This document shows positions 18,334 to 27,429 of a stretch of DNA of 64,000 nucleotides, one piece after another. The DNA is from Flavobacteriaceae bacterium (GTDB lineage: Bacteria > Bacteroidota > Bacteroidia > Flavobacteriales > Flavobacteriaceae). The stretch is from contig JAFMLQ010000006.1 of the NCBI GenBank assembly GCA_017852075.1, positions 297 to 64,296 of the forward strand. Reading direction: 5' to 3'. The translations under genes and the position numbers were made by a program. Every line of letters begins with the position of its first letter. Positions within the stretch are counted from its first letter, which is position 1. The notes under the pieces are model-generated. The model was not told where the DNA came from. It saw nothing but the letters and a program-made list of their open reading frames with translations, and did not search any database.

Positions 18334-20268
18334 TTAGTAAAAATATCGCTTAAAAGCCTCCATTGCCTCGTAATCAGAAAGCCCCATAGCTTTGTATTTT
18401 TTTGCGGTATCAGCGTTGCGTTCTTCTGCACGTACCCAAAATTCACGATGATCATTTCCTTGGAACATTACCCCGTCTTTTTGAGACTGGTGGTAAAATA
18501 TTGCTTTTCGTTTTCGCAATACCTGATCGGGGCTCATTGGAACAGCCATTTCAATTTCGTGAATTTCCCATTCGTGCCAAGCCCCTCTGTAAAGCCATAC
18601 CCAGCAATCTTTCATGAATATTTTTGGCTTGAGTTGTTCTAACGCTTTAAAAATCACATCCAAACACACCCGATGAGTCCCGTGTGGGTCTGCCAAATCT
18701 CCTGCTGCATAGATTTGATGAGGTTTGATTGATTCAATCAATTGGATGGTTAAGTCAACATCTTTTTCAGAAATTGGATTTTTTGCAATCAACCCTGTTT
18801 CGTAGAAAGGGAGATTCATAAAATGCACTTGCTTGTCCGGAATTCCAAAATAGCGAGTTGCTGCTAAGGATTCTCTTTTTCTAATATTCCCTTTTAAATT
18901 ACAAATTTCTCTAGGTGCAGGTTGTTGAGGATTCAAACGTTTAAATACCTTTTTGAGATTCAACAAAACCTCACTTTTTTCTGAGTCCAAAACATCTGAC
19001 GCAACCTCGAGATAACGAAGCGCATCGTGATCAGAAACAGCAATATTCCCCGAAGTTTGATAGGCTATATGCACCTCATGTCCCTGAGAAACAAGGCGGT
19101 CAAAGGTACCTCCCATGGAGATGACATCATCATCTGGGTGGGGACTAAAAATAATTACGCGTTTCCGCTCGGGCATTGCTCGTTCAGGACGATAAGCATC
19201 ATCTGCATTGGGTTTTCCTCCAGGCCATCCCGTGATGCTATTCTGAAGACGATTAAAGACTTCTATATTCAAATCATATGCAGAGCCGTAATCTGCCAAA
19301 AGATCGGACATCCCGTTTTGATTATAATCTTCATCCGTCAATTTCAATATAGATTTGCCTGTTTTTTCACATAACCAGGTAATCGCTTTTGCTCTGAGAT
19401 CTTGCGACCATTTACAACTACTAACTAGCCAGGGTGCTTTTATTCGAGTTAATTCTGAAGATGATTCTTTATCTAGAATTAAGGTTGTGTTTTTATGGAG
19501 CTGAAGATAGGTTGTTGGGATAATTTCTGATATCTGGCCTTCGATAGCCTTTTGAATAATTTCAGCTTTATAGGTGCCCCATGCCATCAAAATAATTTTT
19601 TTGGCTTTTAAGATGGTCTGAATACCCATGGTTACTGCTTTTCTTGGAACATTTTCAATTCCTTGGAAAGTAGCACTGGCATCAAATCGAGTCAAATGAT
19701 CCAGAGTAATTGCCCGAGTTTGTGAATTTAAATGTGATCCTGGCTCATTAAAACCAATATGCCCAGTTCTTCCGATTCCTAATATCTGAAGATCGATTCC
19801 TCCCAACTTTTTGATTTTATTTTCGTAAGCAATACAAGATGATCGAAGTTCATCTGGATCCACTTCCCCATCAGGAATATTAATGTTTTCTGGCTTTATA
19901 TCTACAAATTTGAAAAGGTTTTCACGCATAAAATAATTATAGCTCTGAAGATCTTCTTTTCCAATCGGATAGTATTCGTCCAAGTTGAAAGTAATTACAT
20001 TTTCGAAACTCAACCCTTCTTCTCTGTGAAGACGTACAAGTTCTCTATACACACTTAAAGGGCTAGAGCCTGTTGCCAGACCCAAGACACAAGGTTGCTT
20101 CTTCTTCTGTTTTTCTATAATTAAATTTGCGATGCAGTGTGCAATTGCTATGGAGCCCTCCGAAGGATTATCAACGATCACGTTGTGTAGCTTTTCATAA
20201 CGGGTTTCCTCGAAGCTCCCTGGAGCTTTATAATCAAGGAGCTTTACTTTTTCTTGATCGATCATCAT
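18334..20268 (-). CDS. nagB: Glucosamine-6-phosphate deaminase fused to a C-terminal LmbE/PIG-L-like domain
   Basis: The N-terminal half has the NagB pattern (LGLATGSSP, NLDEY, GIGRTGHIGFNEPGS). The C-terminal half has the PHPDDDVISMGG and HGTH motifs of PIG-L deacetylases. Confidence 0.8.
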   Translation of the reverse strand: MMIDQEKVKLLDYKAPGSFEETRYEKLHNVIVDNPSEGSIAIAHCIANLIIEKQKKKQPCVLGLATGSSPLSVYRELVRLHREEGLSFENVITFNLDEYYPIGKEDLQSYNYFMRENLFKFVDIKPENINIPDGEVDPDELRSSCIAYENKIKKLGGIDLQILGIGRTGHIGFNEPGSHLNSQTRAITLDHLTRFDASATFQGIENVPRKAVTMGIQTILKAKKIILMAWGTYKAEIIQKAIEGQISEIIPTTYLQLHKNTTLILDKESSSELTRIKAPWLVSSCKWSQDLRAKAITWLCEKTGKSILKLTDEDYNQNGMSDLLADYGSAYDLNIEVFNRLQNSITGWPGGKPNADDAYRPERAMPERKRVIIFSPHPDDDVISMGGTFDRLVSQGHEVHIAYQTSGNIAVSDHDALRYLEVASDVLDSEKSEVLLNLKKVFKRLNPQQPAPREICNLKGNIRKRESLAATRYFGIPDKQVHFMNLPFYETGLIAKNPISEKDVDLTIQLIESIKPHQIYAAGDLADPHGTHRVCLDVIFKALEQLKPKIFMKDCWVWLYRGAWHEWEIHEIEMAVPMSPDQVLRKRKAIFYHQSQKDGVMFQGNDHREFWVRAEERNADTAKKYKAMGLSDYEAMEAFKRYFY

Positions 20269-20377
20269 TAAAATTATTGCGAATTCAAATTTAAGATTTC
20301 TTTTGTTTTATGGTTTTTTTATTGGCTGTTTTTTTGATTCATATAAATAAACTAACTTTAGTGAAATTGTCAGATAG

Positions 20378-20662
20378 ATGAGACAGACCCTGATAGGCTT
20401 ATTGATTTTTTCTTTTTCTATAACTATTCTTTTACCCAGTCTCAGTCTATACTTTTCAATTTCGTCTCTTGATAATATCTCTTTTTTAAATTCTGAAATA
20501 GATGGAGATTTGGAAGAACGAGAGGGAGAGGAAAAAATATTAACATTATCCGATATGTCTTTTCCTACAGAGTATCAAAACACTTCTAGTGAGATTTATT
20601 TTGACCCCAACAGCTACAATTCAATTAATACACAAAATACTAGCCCTCCTCCTGAAGCATAA
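20378..20662 (+). CDS. Hypothetical small membrane-anchored acidic protein
   Basis: 94 aa with one N-terminal TM, followed by an S/N/E-rich low-complexity tail. It lies directly upstream of SulP. Coding status is uncertain. Confidence 0.3.
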   Translation: MRQTLIGLLIFSFSITILLPSLSLYFSISSLDNISFLNSEIDGDLEEREGEEKILTLSDMSFPTEYQNTSSEIYFDPNSYNSINTQNTSPPPEA

Positions 20663-20732
20663 CTTTTTCTCAGGATTTACTCAAAACTTTATTTTACCAT
20701 CAGGTAATCAAACTTTATTCAATTTAAAAAAT

Positions 20733-22562
20733 ATGTTTACAAATATTAAAGGAGATATTCTAGGCGGATTAACCGCTGGAATTGTCGCACTACCCTTGGC
20801 ATTAGCCTTTGGGGTAAGTTCAGGTCTAGGGCCCAGTGCAGGGTTATATGGTGCTATTTTTTTAAGCTTTTTTGCAGCGCTTTTTGGGGGTACTCCTACT
20901 CAAATTTCTGGACCCACCGCACCAATGACTGCGGTGAGTATGGTAGTTATTGCTACTATTATAAGTGTCCACAACGGATCTATAGAGAAAGCTTTGCCTT
21001 ACATTTTGGCTGTATTTTTACTCAGCGGAATCTTCCAAATCGCATTAGGTATGTTAGGGGTAGGAAAGTATATCAAGTACATTCCTTACCCAGTAGTATC
21101 AGGATTTATGACTGCTATCGGAGTGATCATTCTCATCACACAAATACTTCCTGTTTTGGGCTATGAGGTGAAAAATGACAGAGAATTTGTAGAGCAGTTT
21201 AAACCTCTGGCAGAAGAACACCTTCTTGAAAATATTCTTATAGATGAATCCAAAGAAGGGCTTCTTGTGCTAGAAGATTTTCAAGAAACTATCAAAAGAG
21301 CTGGAGAAGTCAATGAAGCTACCATCTATGAGGAAGCCGAAAATCTAGCTAAAAACGATGCCTCAGGAGTTATAGGGACCATTAAATCGCTTCCTAGAGC
21401 GCTTGGAAAAATCAATTGGATCGAGGTGCTCTTAGCGCTGGGTACGATTATTATAATTTATGGTTTTAAAAAAATAACTACTGCCATACCTAGCACATTA
21501 GTGGCTCTAGTTATCGTGTCTTCCATAGCCATTGGTTTTGGAATTGATTATCGATCAATTCAAGAGATTCCACAAGGGTTTCCAAGGATTGAATGGACTC
21601 TTTTTACGGATTTTAATTTTCTAGGCCTCATTCCCTATATCTTGACAGCCCTTACTTTGTCACTTTTAGGAGCTATTGATTCTCTATTGACCTCAGTAGT
21701 AGCAGACAACCTTACTAAGACTCGTCACCTGCCTAACAAGGAGTTAATTGGACAAGGAATCGGTAATTCTATTGCTGCTGTTTTTGGTGGAATTCCAGGA
21801 GCTGGAGCTACCATTCGTACGGTAGTCAATATTCAATCGGGCGGAAAAACAAAACTTTCAGGAATGGTTGCTTCTGTAGTATTGCTAATTATTCTTTTGG
21901 CTTTGAGCCCTATGGCTTCAAAAATTCCTGCAGCTGTATTGGCAGGAATCTTGGTGACCGTTGGAATTGGGGTAATGGATTACAAAGGGCTTAATGCACT
22001 TTCTAAAATTCCAAGAACAGAAGTCGTTATTATGGCTGTAGTATTAGTGCTCTCGGTATTTTGGAATCTTGTTTATGCCGTAGGAATAGGTTTGGTTATG
22101 GCATCTTTATTTTTTATGAAAAAAATGGGAGATTTGTCCACAGATGATAGTCGAGTTACTACCGTAGCTAAAGAAAAAATGTGGGACGATGAAAAAAAAC
22201 TCAGCCCATCATTTAAAGAAAATGTATTTATCAAACACCTTAGTGGTCCTTTATTTTTTGGATTTGCTACAGAGTTTGTCAATATTTCAAATCAAATTCC
22301 AAAATCAGCTTCTATTCTAATTATCAGAATGAGTAAAGTCCCATATATCGATCAATCTGGACTTTTTGCATTAGAAGATGTACTGATGGATTTAATTCAA
22401 AAGGATATTGAAGTTGTTTTTGTGGGTATACAAAAACAGCCAAAATATTTAATGAAAACAATTGGTATTATTGGTAAACTAATTCCCGAAGAACAAGTTT
22501 TTACTGATTTCTCATCCTGCAAAAAGTATGTTATTGATGAACATAAATCAATAACGGCATAA
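20733..22562 (+). CDS. SulP-family inorganic anion transporter with C-terminal STAS domain
   Basis: The conserved N-terminus begins at MFTNIKGDILGGLTAGIVALPLALAFG (ATG at 20733). The STAS region is visible (LIIRMSKVPYIDQSG). The 20589 extension has no SulP-like sequence. Confidence 0.8.
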   Translation: MFTNIKGDILGGLTAGIVALPLALAFGVSSGLGPSAGLYGAIFLSFFAALFGGTPTQISGPTAPMTAVSMVVIATIISVHNGSIEKALPYILAVFLLSGIFQIALGMLGVGKYIKYIPYPVVSGFMTAIGVIILITQILPVLGYEVKNDREFVEQFKPLAEEHLLENILIDESKEGLLVLEDFQETIKRAGEVNEATIYEEAENLAKNDASGVIGTIKSLPRALGKINWIEVLLALGTIIIIYGFKKITTAIPSTLVALVIVSSIAIGFGIDYRSIQEIPQGFPRIEWTLFTDFNFLGLIPYILTALTLSLLGAIDSLLTSVVADNLTKTRHLPNKELIGQGIGNSIAAVFGGIPGAGATIRTVVNIQSGGKTKLSGMVASVVLLIILLALSPMASKIPAAVLAGILVTVGIGVMDYKGLNALSKIPRTEVVIMAVVLVLSVFWNLVYAVGIGLVMASLFFMKKMGDLSTDDSRVTTVAKEKMWDDEKKLSPSFKENVFIKHLSGPLFFGFATEFVNISNQIPKSASILIIRMSKVPYIDQSGLFALEDVLMDLIQKDIEVVFVGIQKQPKYLMKTIGIIGKLIPEEQVFTDFSSCKKYVIDEHKSITA

Positions 22563-22581
22563 CATATTTGTTTCTAAATTG

Positions 22582-22610
22582 AGAGGGTTTCTCTTCCAGA
22601 GTAACCCTCT
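22582..22610. terminator. Hairpin AGAGGGTT-N13-AACCCTCT between convergent genes (probable bidirectional terminator)
   Basis: A perfect 8-bp stem read directly from the sequence. It fills the 49-nt gap between the stops at 22562 and 22612. The flanking T/A tracts are weak. Confidence 0.45.
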
Positions 22611-22611
22611 T

Positions 22612-23352
22612 TTACTTTGTGGGTAAAAGAACCTGAATATTCTTATTTTCGATTTGCGATATTTCAATTAGCTTTCCCATTTCAAAAAGTAAAGGGAGAG
22701 AATCTAGAGCGGTATATTTTTTGTGAGGCTTGTAATTGGTGTAATTTTGAAAAACAAATCCTTTTTCTTTCCTAATATTTTTTGCCCTTCGAAAACGCAC
22801 TCCTCCTCCATCTGTAAGATAATTGTAGGCGAGATAGTGGATATACCCTGTGTCTGGGTCAATCCAATAACGGTATTCATCTTGAAAATCTTCACCACCT
22901 CCGTCTTCGTTAAACCGAACTTTTAGCGTCCAATAGGACTTCTCATAAATTGTTGTGGTTCCGATAAATTCCGAAATAACGGCTGGATCTTTGAGTGGTT
23001 TAGGAAGTTGAAAAAAGTACATCACAGAATTTAATGAATTGGAATATACATGGATCAAACTATCTTTAAGTTCTATAGGCGAACCGTCTTGGAATCGTTG
23101 TAATTTTTTTTGAGAAGTCATTACATCTTGGATTGTAATTCCCTTTTTTGTGGTAGTGCGCTGATATGAATAAAAGCCTGGCTTTCTGATCAATTCGTAT
23201 TGATAATCTCTAAAATCAAAAACGGTTTTAAATTCTTGCTGATCCCAACCATAAGCCGTTATCGATTTTTGGATAATTTGTGCCGCAGTTGGTTCATTGG
23301 AAGGGGCACAAGCCATGAGATAAAAACAAAAAAGAAAGATTATTTTTTTCAT
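22612..23352 (-). CDS. Hypothetical lipoprotein
   Basis: 246 aa with the lipobox LMACAPS. I recognise no catalytic motif. Confidence 0.55.
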   Translation of the reverse strand: MKKIIFLFCFYLMACAPSNEPTAAQIIQKSITAYGWDQQEFKTVFDFRDYQYELIRKPGFYSYQRTTTKKGITIQDVMTSQKKLQRFQDGSPIELKDSLIHVYSNSLNSVMYFFQLPKPLKDPAVISEFIGTTTIYEKSYWTLKVRFNEDGGGEDFQDEYRYWIDPDTGYIHYLAYNYLTDGGGVRFRRAKNIRKEKGFVFQNYTNYKPHKKYTALDSLPLLFEMGKLIEISQIENKNIQVLLPTK

Positions 23353-23442
23353 AACTAACTTAATAAATTATTGATAAATCTATCAAAAAACCAAGATACA
23401 ACTAAAAGATATGATTTACATTTGGTTCAAAATATAAGTGAT

Positions 23443-24393
23443 ATGGAAATCCTAAAGACTTTGATTATAGGGAGTGGCCCAGCAGGTTACACCGCAGCAA
23501 TTTACGCAGCAAGGGCTGATCTCAAACCAGTTCTCTACACAGGTATGGAGCCAGGAGGTCAACTTACCACCACAACCGAAGTTGATAATTTTCCTGGATA
23601 TCCTGAGGGCATCGATGGTCCTACAATGATGGTTCAATTACAACAACAAGCAGAGCGCTTTGGAACCGATGTACGAGTGGGATTTATCAGTAAAGTTGAA
23701 TTTTCAAAAGAACCTGGAGGAATTCATAAAGCGTTTACAGAAGACGGGACGGAACTCCAAGCACGCAGTATCATCATCAGTACAGGTGCAACGGCCAAGT
23801 ATTTGGGGCTTCCTAGCGAACAACGACTTCGTGGAGGTGGAGTTTCAGCTTGTGCTGTATGCGACGGTTTTTTTTATAAAGGTCAAGACGTTGCCATAGT
23901 AGGCGGAGGTGACACCGCTGCGGAAGAAGCAACTTATCTTGCTAAGATATGTGCTAAAGTAACGATGTTGGTTCGTAAAGATCAAATGCGGGCTTCCAAA
24001 GCCATGCAACACCGAGTAACCAACACGCCCAATATTGATTTGAAGTACAATACTGAAATTGATGAGGTTTTAGGAGAGCAAGTGGTTGAGGGACTCCGCA
24101 TGAAAAACAACCAAACGGGTAAAACCGAAGAAATTGAAATTACTGGTTTGTTCATTGCCATTGGCCATAAACCCAATACGGATATTTTTAAAGGCCAATT
24201 GGATATGGACGATGCTGGCTATCTGATAACCAAAGGGAAAACAACAGCAACAAATATTCCAGGTGTTTTTGCCTCTGGGGATGTCCAAGACAAAGAGTAT
24301 CGACAAGCGGTTACTGCCGCTGGAACAGGTTGTATGGCGGCCTTAGATGCAGAACGTTATCTTCAAAGTGTGGAAAATTTAATCGAAGCCTAA
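23443..24393 (+). CDS. trxB: Thioredoxin-disulfide reductase
   Basis: Contains the GSGPAGYTAAIYAAR FAD motif, the CAVCDG redox centre and the GGGDTAAEEA NADPH motif. I chose the start at MEILKTL (ATG 23443). Confidence 0.92.
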   Translation: MEILKTLIIGSGPAGYTAAIYAARADLKPVLYTGMEPGGQLTTTTEVDNFPGYPEGIDGPTMMVQLQQQAERFGTDVRVGFISKVEFSKEPGGIHKAFTEDGTELQARSIIISTGATAKYLGLPSEQRLRGGGVSACAVCDGFFYKGQDVAIVGGGDTAAEEATYLAKICAKVTMLVRKDQMRASKAMQHRVTNTPNIDLKYNTEIDEVLGEQVVEGLRMKNNQTGKTEEIEITGLFIAIGHKPNTDIFKGQLDMDDAGYLITKGKTTATNIPGVFASGDVQDKEYRQAVTAAGTGCMAALDAERYLQSVENLIEA

Positions 24394-24399
24394 GCCTTG

Positions 24400-26301
24400 C
24401 TATTCGAGTGAAAGCTGAAGGGCTTCCCATTCTTCTAACAAAACTTCCAGTTCCTTTTTTTTTGCTTGATAGGTGTCAAAGAAATTAGGCTGACTTATGG
24501 TCTTTTCATAATCCACTTCCAAGTTGAAATCGATTTCTTTCAATTCTTTTTCCAATCGTGCAATTCCCTTTTCAAGTTTTACTATTTTTTGCTGGGCTCC
24601 ACGGAGTTCTTTCTGCTTTAAATAGGAATTTTCCTTTGTCGTAGGTTTCGACTCGGAAAGGGGTTTAGATTTTTTCTCCAGCTCTTTCAAAGAACTTAAT
24701 TTTTGATACTCTAGGTAGGCATTGATATCTCCTAAAAAAGGTTTTACTTCTCGATCTTTAAAGGCCACTACCTTCGCACATAGACCTTGGACAAAGTCTC
24801 TATCGTGTGATACTAGAATTAAAGTACCTTCAAATTTTTTAAGTGCTTCTTTAAGTACATTTTTAGATAAAATATCTAAATGATTGGTGGGTTCGTCCAT
24901 TATCAAAACATTGAATGGCTGTAGCAATAATTTACATAGTGCCAACCGATTCCGCTCTCCTCCTGAAAGTACGTGTACTTTTTTTTCAACAGCATCTCCC
25001 TGAAAAAGAAAAGCTCCTAGAAAATCTCGAACCTTGGTTCTGTTTTCGGGAGTAGCGGAGTCTTCCGCTGCTTCTAAAACAGTCTTTTTTCCATCCAAAT
25101 AAGCAGATTGATTTTGAGCAAAATAACCCACCTGAACATTGTGTCCCAACCGAACTTCTCCACTGCTTTCCAATTCTCCTACCAAAATCTTAGCTAATGT
25201 GGATTTTCCCTGTCCATTTTGACCTATAAAAGCAATCTTTTCTCCTCTTTCAATTTCAAGGTTTACAGCTTCCAAAACGTGTTTATCTCCAAAAGATTTA
25301 GAAATATTTTCGGCCTCTAAAATAATTTTTCCCGGTTGATGTGAAATTGCAAATTCAAATTTTATTTTTTTGTTTTCTTCCGGATCCACTTCTATGCGAT
25401 CCATCTTATCCAGCTTTTTAATCAGAGATTGGGCCATACTTGCTTTAGAAGCTTTAGCTCGAAAACGTTCGATAAGTTTTTCAGTTTGTTGAATCTGCTT
25501 TTCTTGATTTTTTTGTGCAGCTTGCTGCTGTGCACGGAGCTCTTCTCTGAGCTCCATATATTTGGAGTAGGGTTTTTTAAAGTCAAAAACACGCTGTTGG
25601 ACAATCTCTATCGTTCTATTTGTCACTTCATCTAAAAACATACGGTCGTGGGAAACCATCACCAATGCACCTTTATATTTTTTAAGAAACTGTTCCAACC
25701 AAATTATGGACTCTATATCCAAGTGGTTAGTAGGTTCGTCAAGTAATAGGATATCATTGTCCTTCAGTAAGATTTTGGCTAGTTCGATTCGCATCCTCCA
25801 TCCTCCTGAAAAAGTGTTTGTAGGTGCGTTTAAATCCGATACGGTGAAACCTAAGCCAAGAAGAATTTTTTCGGTTTGTGCTTGATAATGATACCCCCCA
25901 ATCATCTCATAGCGATTGTTGAGCAGTGTCAGTTCATCTAAGACTTCCATATAGGCAGGACTTTCAAAATTTTGAGTCTGCTCCATGATCTTATGTATTT
26001 CTTCCTGTCGGGCCTCTACTTTTTTTATTTCCTCAAAAGCTAAGTACGCTTCCTCTAAAACTGTAAGGCCATGGTTAAAATCTAAATCTTGGGGTAAATA
26101 CCCAATTTTTACATTTTTTTCTAACGCAAAAGTTCCTGAAGTTGGCTTATTTTCACGTGCCATTAACTTTAGAAGTGTAGATTTACCAGCACCGTTTTTT
26201 CCGATTAACCCTACCCGATCTCCTTTGCCCAAACGAAAGGAAATTGAATCAAAAAGGGTTTCTCCTCCAAAACTTACGCTGATGTTATGCGCGTTAAACA
26301 T
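24400..26301 (-). CDS. ABC-F family ATPase (Uup/YheS-like, no TM domain)
   Basis: Two ABC cassettes (GKNGAGKST and GQNGQGKST Walker A; two LSGG signatures), an inter-domain linker and a C-terminal coiled coil. The start at MFNAHNIS (26301) leaves an 8-nt overlap with the downstream FAD-dependent oxidoreductase gene (26294-27361). Confidence 0.85.
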   Translation of the reverse strand: MFNAHNISVSFGGETLFDSISFRLGKGDRVGLIGKNGAGKSTLLKLMARENKPTSGTFALEKNVKIGYLPQDLDFNHGLTVLEEAYLAFEEIKKVEARQEEIHKIMEQTQNFESPAYMEVLDELTLLNNRYEMIGGYHYQAQTEKILLGLGFTVSDLNAPTNTFSGGWRMRIELAKILLKDNDILLLDEPTNHLDIESIIWLEQFLKKYKGALVMVSHDRMFLDEVTNRTIEIVQQRVFDFKKPYSKYMELREELRAQQQAAQKNQEKQIQQTEKLIERFRAKASKASMAQSLIKKLDKMDRIEVDPEENKKIKFEFAISHQPGKIILEAENISKSFGDKHVLEAVNLEIERGEKIAFIGQNGQGKSTLAKILVGELESSGEVRLGHNVQVGYFAQNQSAYLDGKKTVLEAAEDSATPENRTKVRDFLGAFLFQGDAVEKKVHVLSGGERNRLALCKLLLQPFNVLIMDEPTNHLDILSKNVLKEALKKFEGTLILVSHDRDFVQGLCAKVVAFKDREVKPFLGDINAYLEYQKLSSLKELEKKSKPLSESKPTTKENSYLKQKELRGAQQKIVKLEKGIARLEKELKEIDFNLEVDYEKTISQPNFFDTYQAKKKELEVLLEEWEALQLSLE

Positions 26302-27361
26302 ATTGTGTTTTTGGATTGCTAAAATAAGTTTCAAAACGGTCAATCCCTACCTCAGGAGGAAATTCTTTTTGATGCTCCATAAATTGAAATAACCACGTGG
26401 CTAGCAAAGGCCCCATTAAGACCCCTCGGGTTCCTAGACCGTTGAATACATACAACTGTTTATACTGCGGATGGACCCCTAAAAGAGGACGCCTGTCTTG
26501 AACCGTAGGTCGAATTGCGGCACCGTGATCTACCACCTCAAAAGAACCTTTTAATATCTTTTTTAACTTGATTAAAATCCATTCCTTACCCTTATTGGTA
26601 GGTTGGGTCGTTTTGTCGTCTCTTGAAAACGTTGCCCCTACCCAATACAGGTCTTTTGAAATTGGCACAATAAATAATCCTGCTTTAATTATTTCATTGG
26701 AAGACAACTTGTCGGTTCGGATATGAAGAAATTCTCCTTTAGATCCGGTTAAAGGCAAATAAGAAAACCAAGGATTTTTCTTTAATCCGAAACCCTCACA
26801 AAAAACAATATTTTTTGCTTCTATCCCTTGATAAACTACTTTATCTGGATGCAACTTCAACTGGCTGTATTCAAAAGACTCCTGAAGAAGATTTTCAGCA
26901 GTCAAGTATTGACTATAGAGGTCTAGCATCTTTTGTATTTCCAATTTACCCACATTATGTAGCTTCGCATAACCCAAATCTCCCTGAATACACTCTCGAT
27001 TGGATTGCAAGATAGGAGGTAAAAGAAACTGATTTAACCCCTTCGAATGTGCTGCAACAGACCAATTATTATGATCTGAAAGTTGGCTAAAATAATGAAG
27101 AATTGGAATGTCTTGAAAAATAGTGGTATCAAACTCCTCTTCAAAATTCCTATAGGTGGGCAATGCATGATCAAAAAACGCAACCCCATTCCAAGCTAAG
27201 GTATAGCGTTTTAAAATGGTGGGATTTAATACACCCCCAGCGTTTCTGCTTGCACCTTTGGCTCCATCTGAAATGATTACGAATTCTTTTCCTTGTTTTT
27301 GTAACTGGCGGGCCAAGTGAAAGCCTGCTAGTCCAAACCCAACAATTATAGCATATTTCAT
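26294..27361 (-). CDS. FAD-dependent oxidoreductase (DAO family)
   Basis: N-terminal IVGFGLAGFHLA dinucleotide-binding motif; 355 aa. Confidence 0.65.
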   Translation of the reverse strand: MKYAIIVGFGLAGFHLARQLQKQGKEFVIISDGAKGASRNAGGVLNPTILKRYTLAWNGVAFFDHALPTYRNFEEEFDTTIFQDIPILHYFSQLSDHNNWSVAAHSKGLNQFLLPPILQSNRECIQGDLGYAKLHNVGKLEIQKMLDLYSQYLTAENLLQESFEYSQLKLHPDKVVYQGIEAKNIVFCEGFGLKKNPWFSYLPLTGSKGEFLHIRTDKLSSNEIIKAGLFIVPISKDLYWVGATFSRDDKTTQPTNKGKEWILIKLKKILKGSFEVVDHGAAIRPTVQDRRPLLGVHPQYKQLYVFNGLGTRGVLMGPLLATWLFQFMEHQKEFPPEVGIDRFETYFSNPKTQYV

Positions 27362-27377
27362 TCTGGTAAAAATAGAA

Positions 27378-27408
27378 TAAAAAAAGCGCTAGTGTTTCCC
27401 CTAGCGCT
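27378..27408 (-). terminator. Rho-independent terminator after gldN
   Basis: Perfect 8-bp stem AGCGCTAG / CTAGCGCT with an 8-nt loop, followed on the minus strand by a T-run (complement of the A-run at 27378-27385). Confidence 0.65.
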
Positions 27409-27429
27409 CTCCAATGATTTGTTATGAAT

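Noticed and set aside
20323-20337. TGGCTG-N5-TTGA upstream of the 94-aa ORF / SulP as a sigma-54 promoter
   Set aside because: The spacing is right but the -12 GC is replaced by GA and two -24 positions mismatch. The element sits in a T-rich tract where such partial matches are expected by chance.
20589-20732. N-terminal extensions offered by the ORF track (20589 for SulP, 23371 for trxB, 42240 for the sigma-54 activator, 45553 for groEL, 26343 for ABC-F, 16170 for DASS, 18217 for M20, 32010 for gldK)
   Set aside because: In each case the conserved N-terminus or signal peptide begins at a downstream ATG. The extension overlaps the neighbouring gene or a promoter box.
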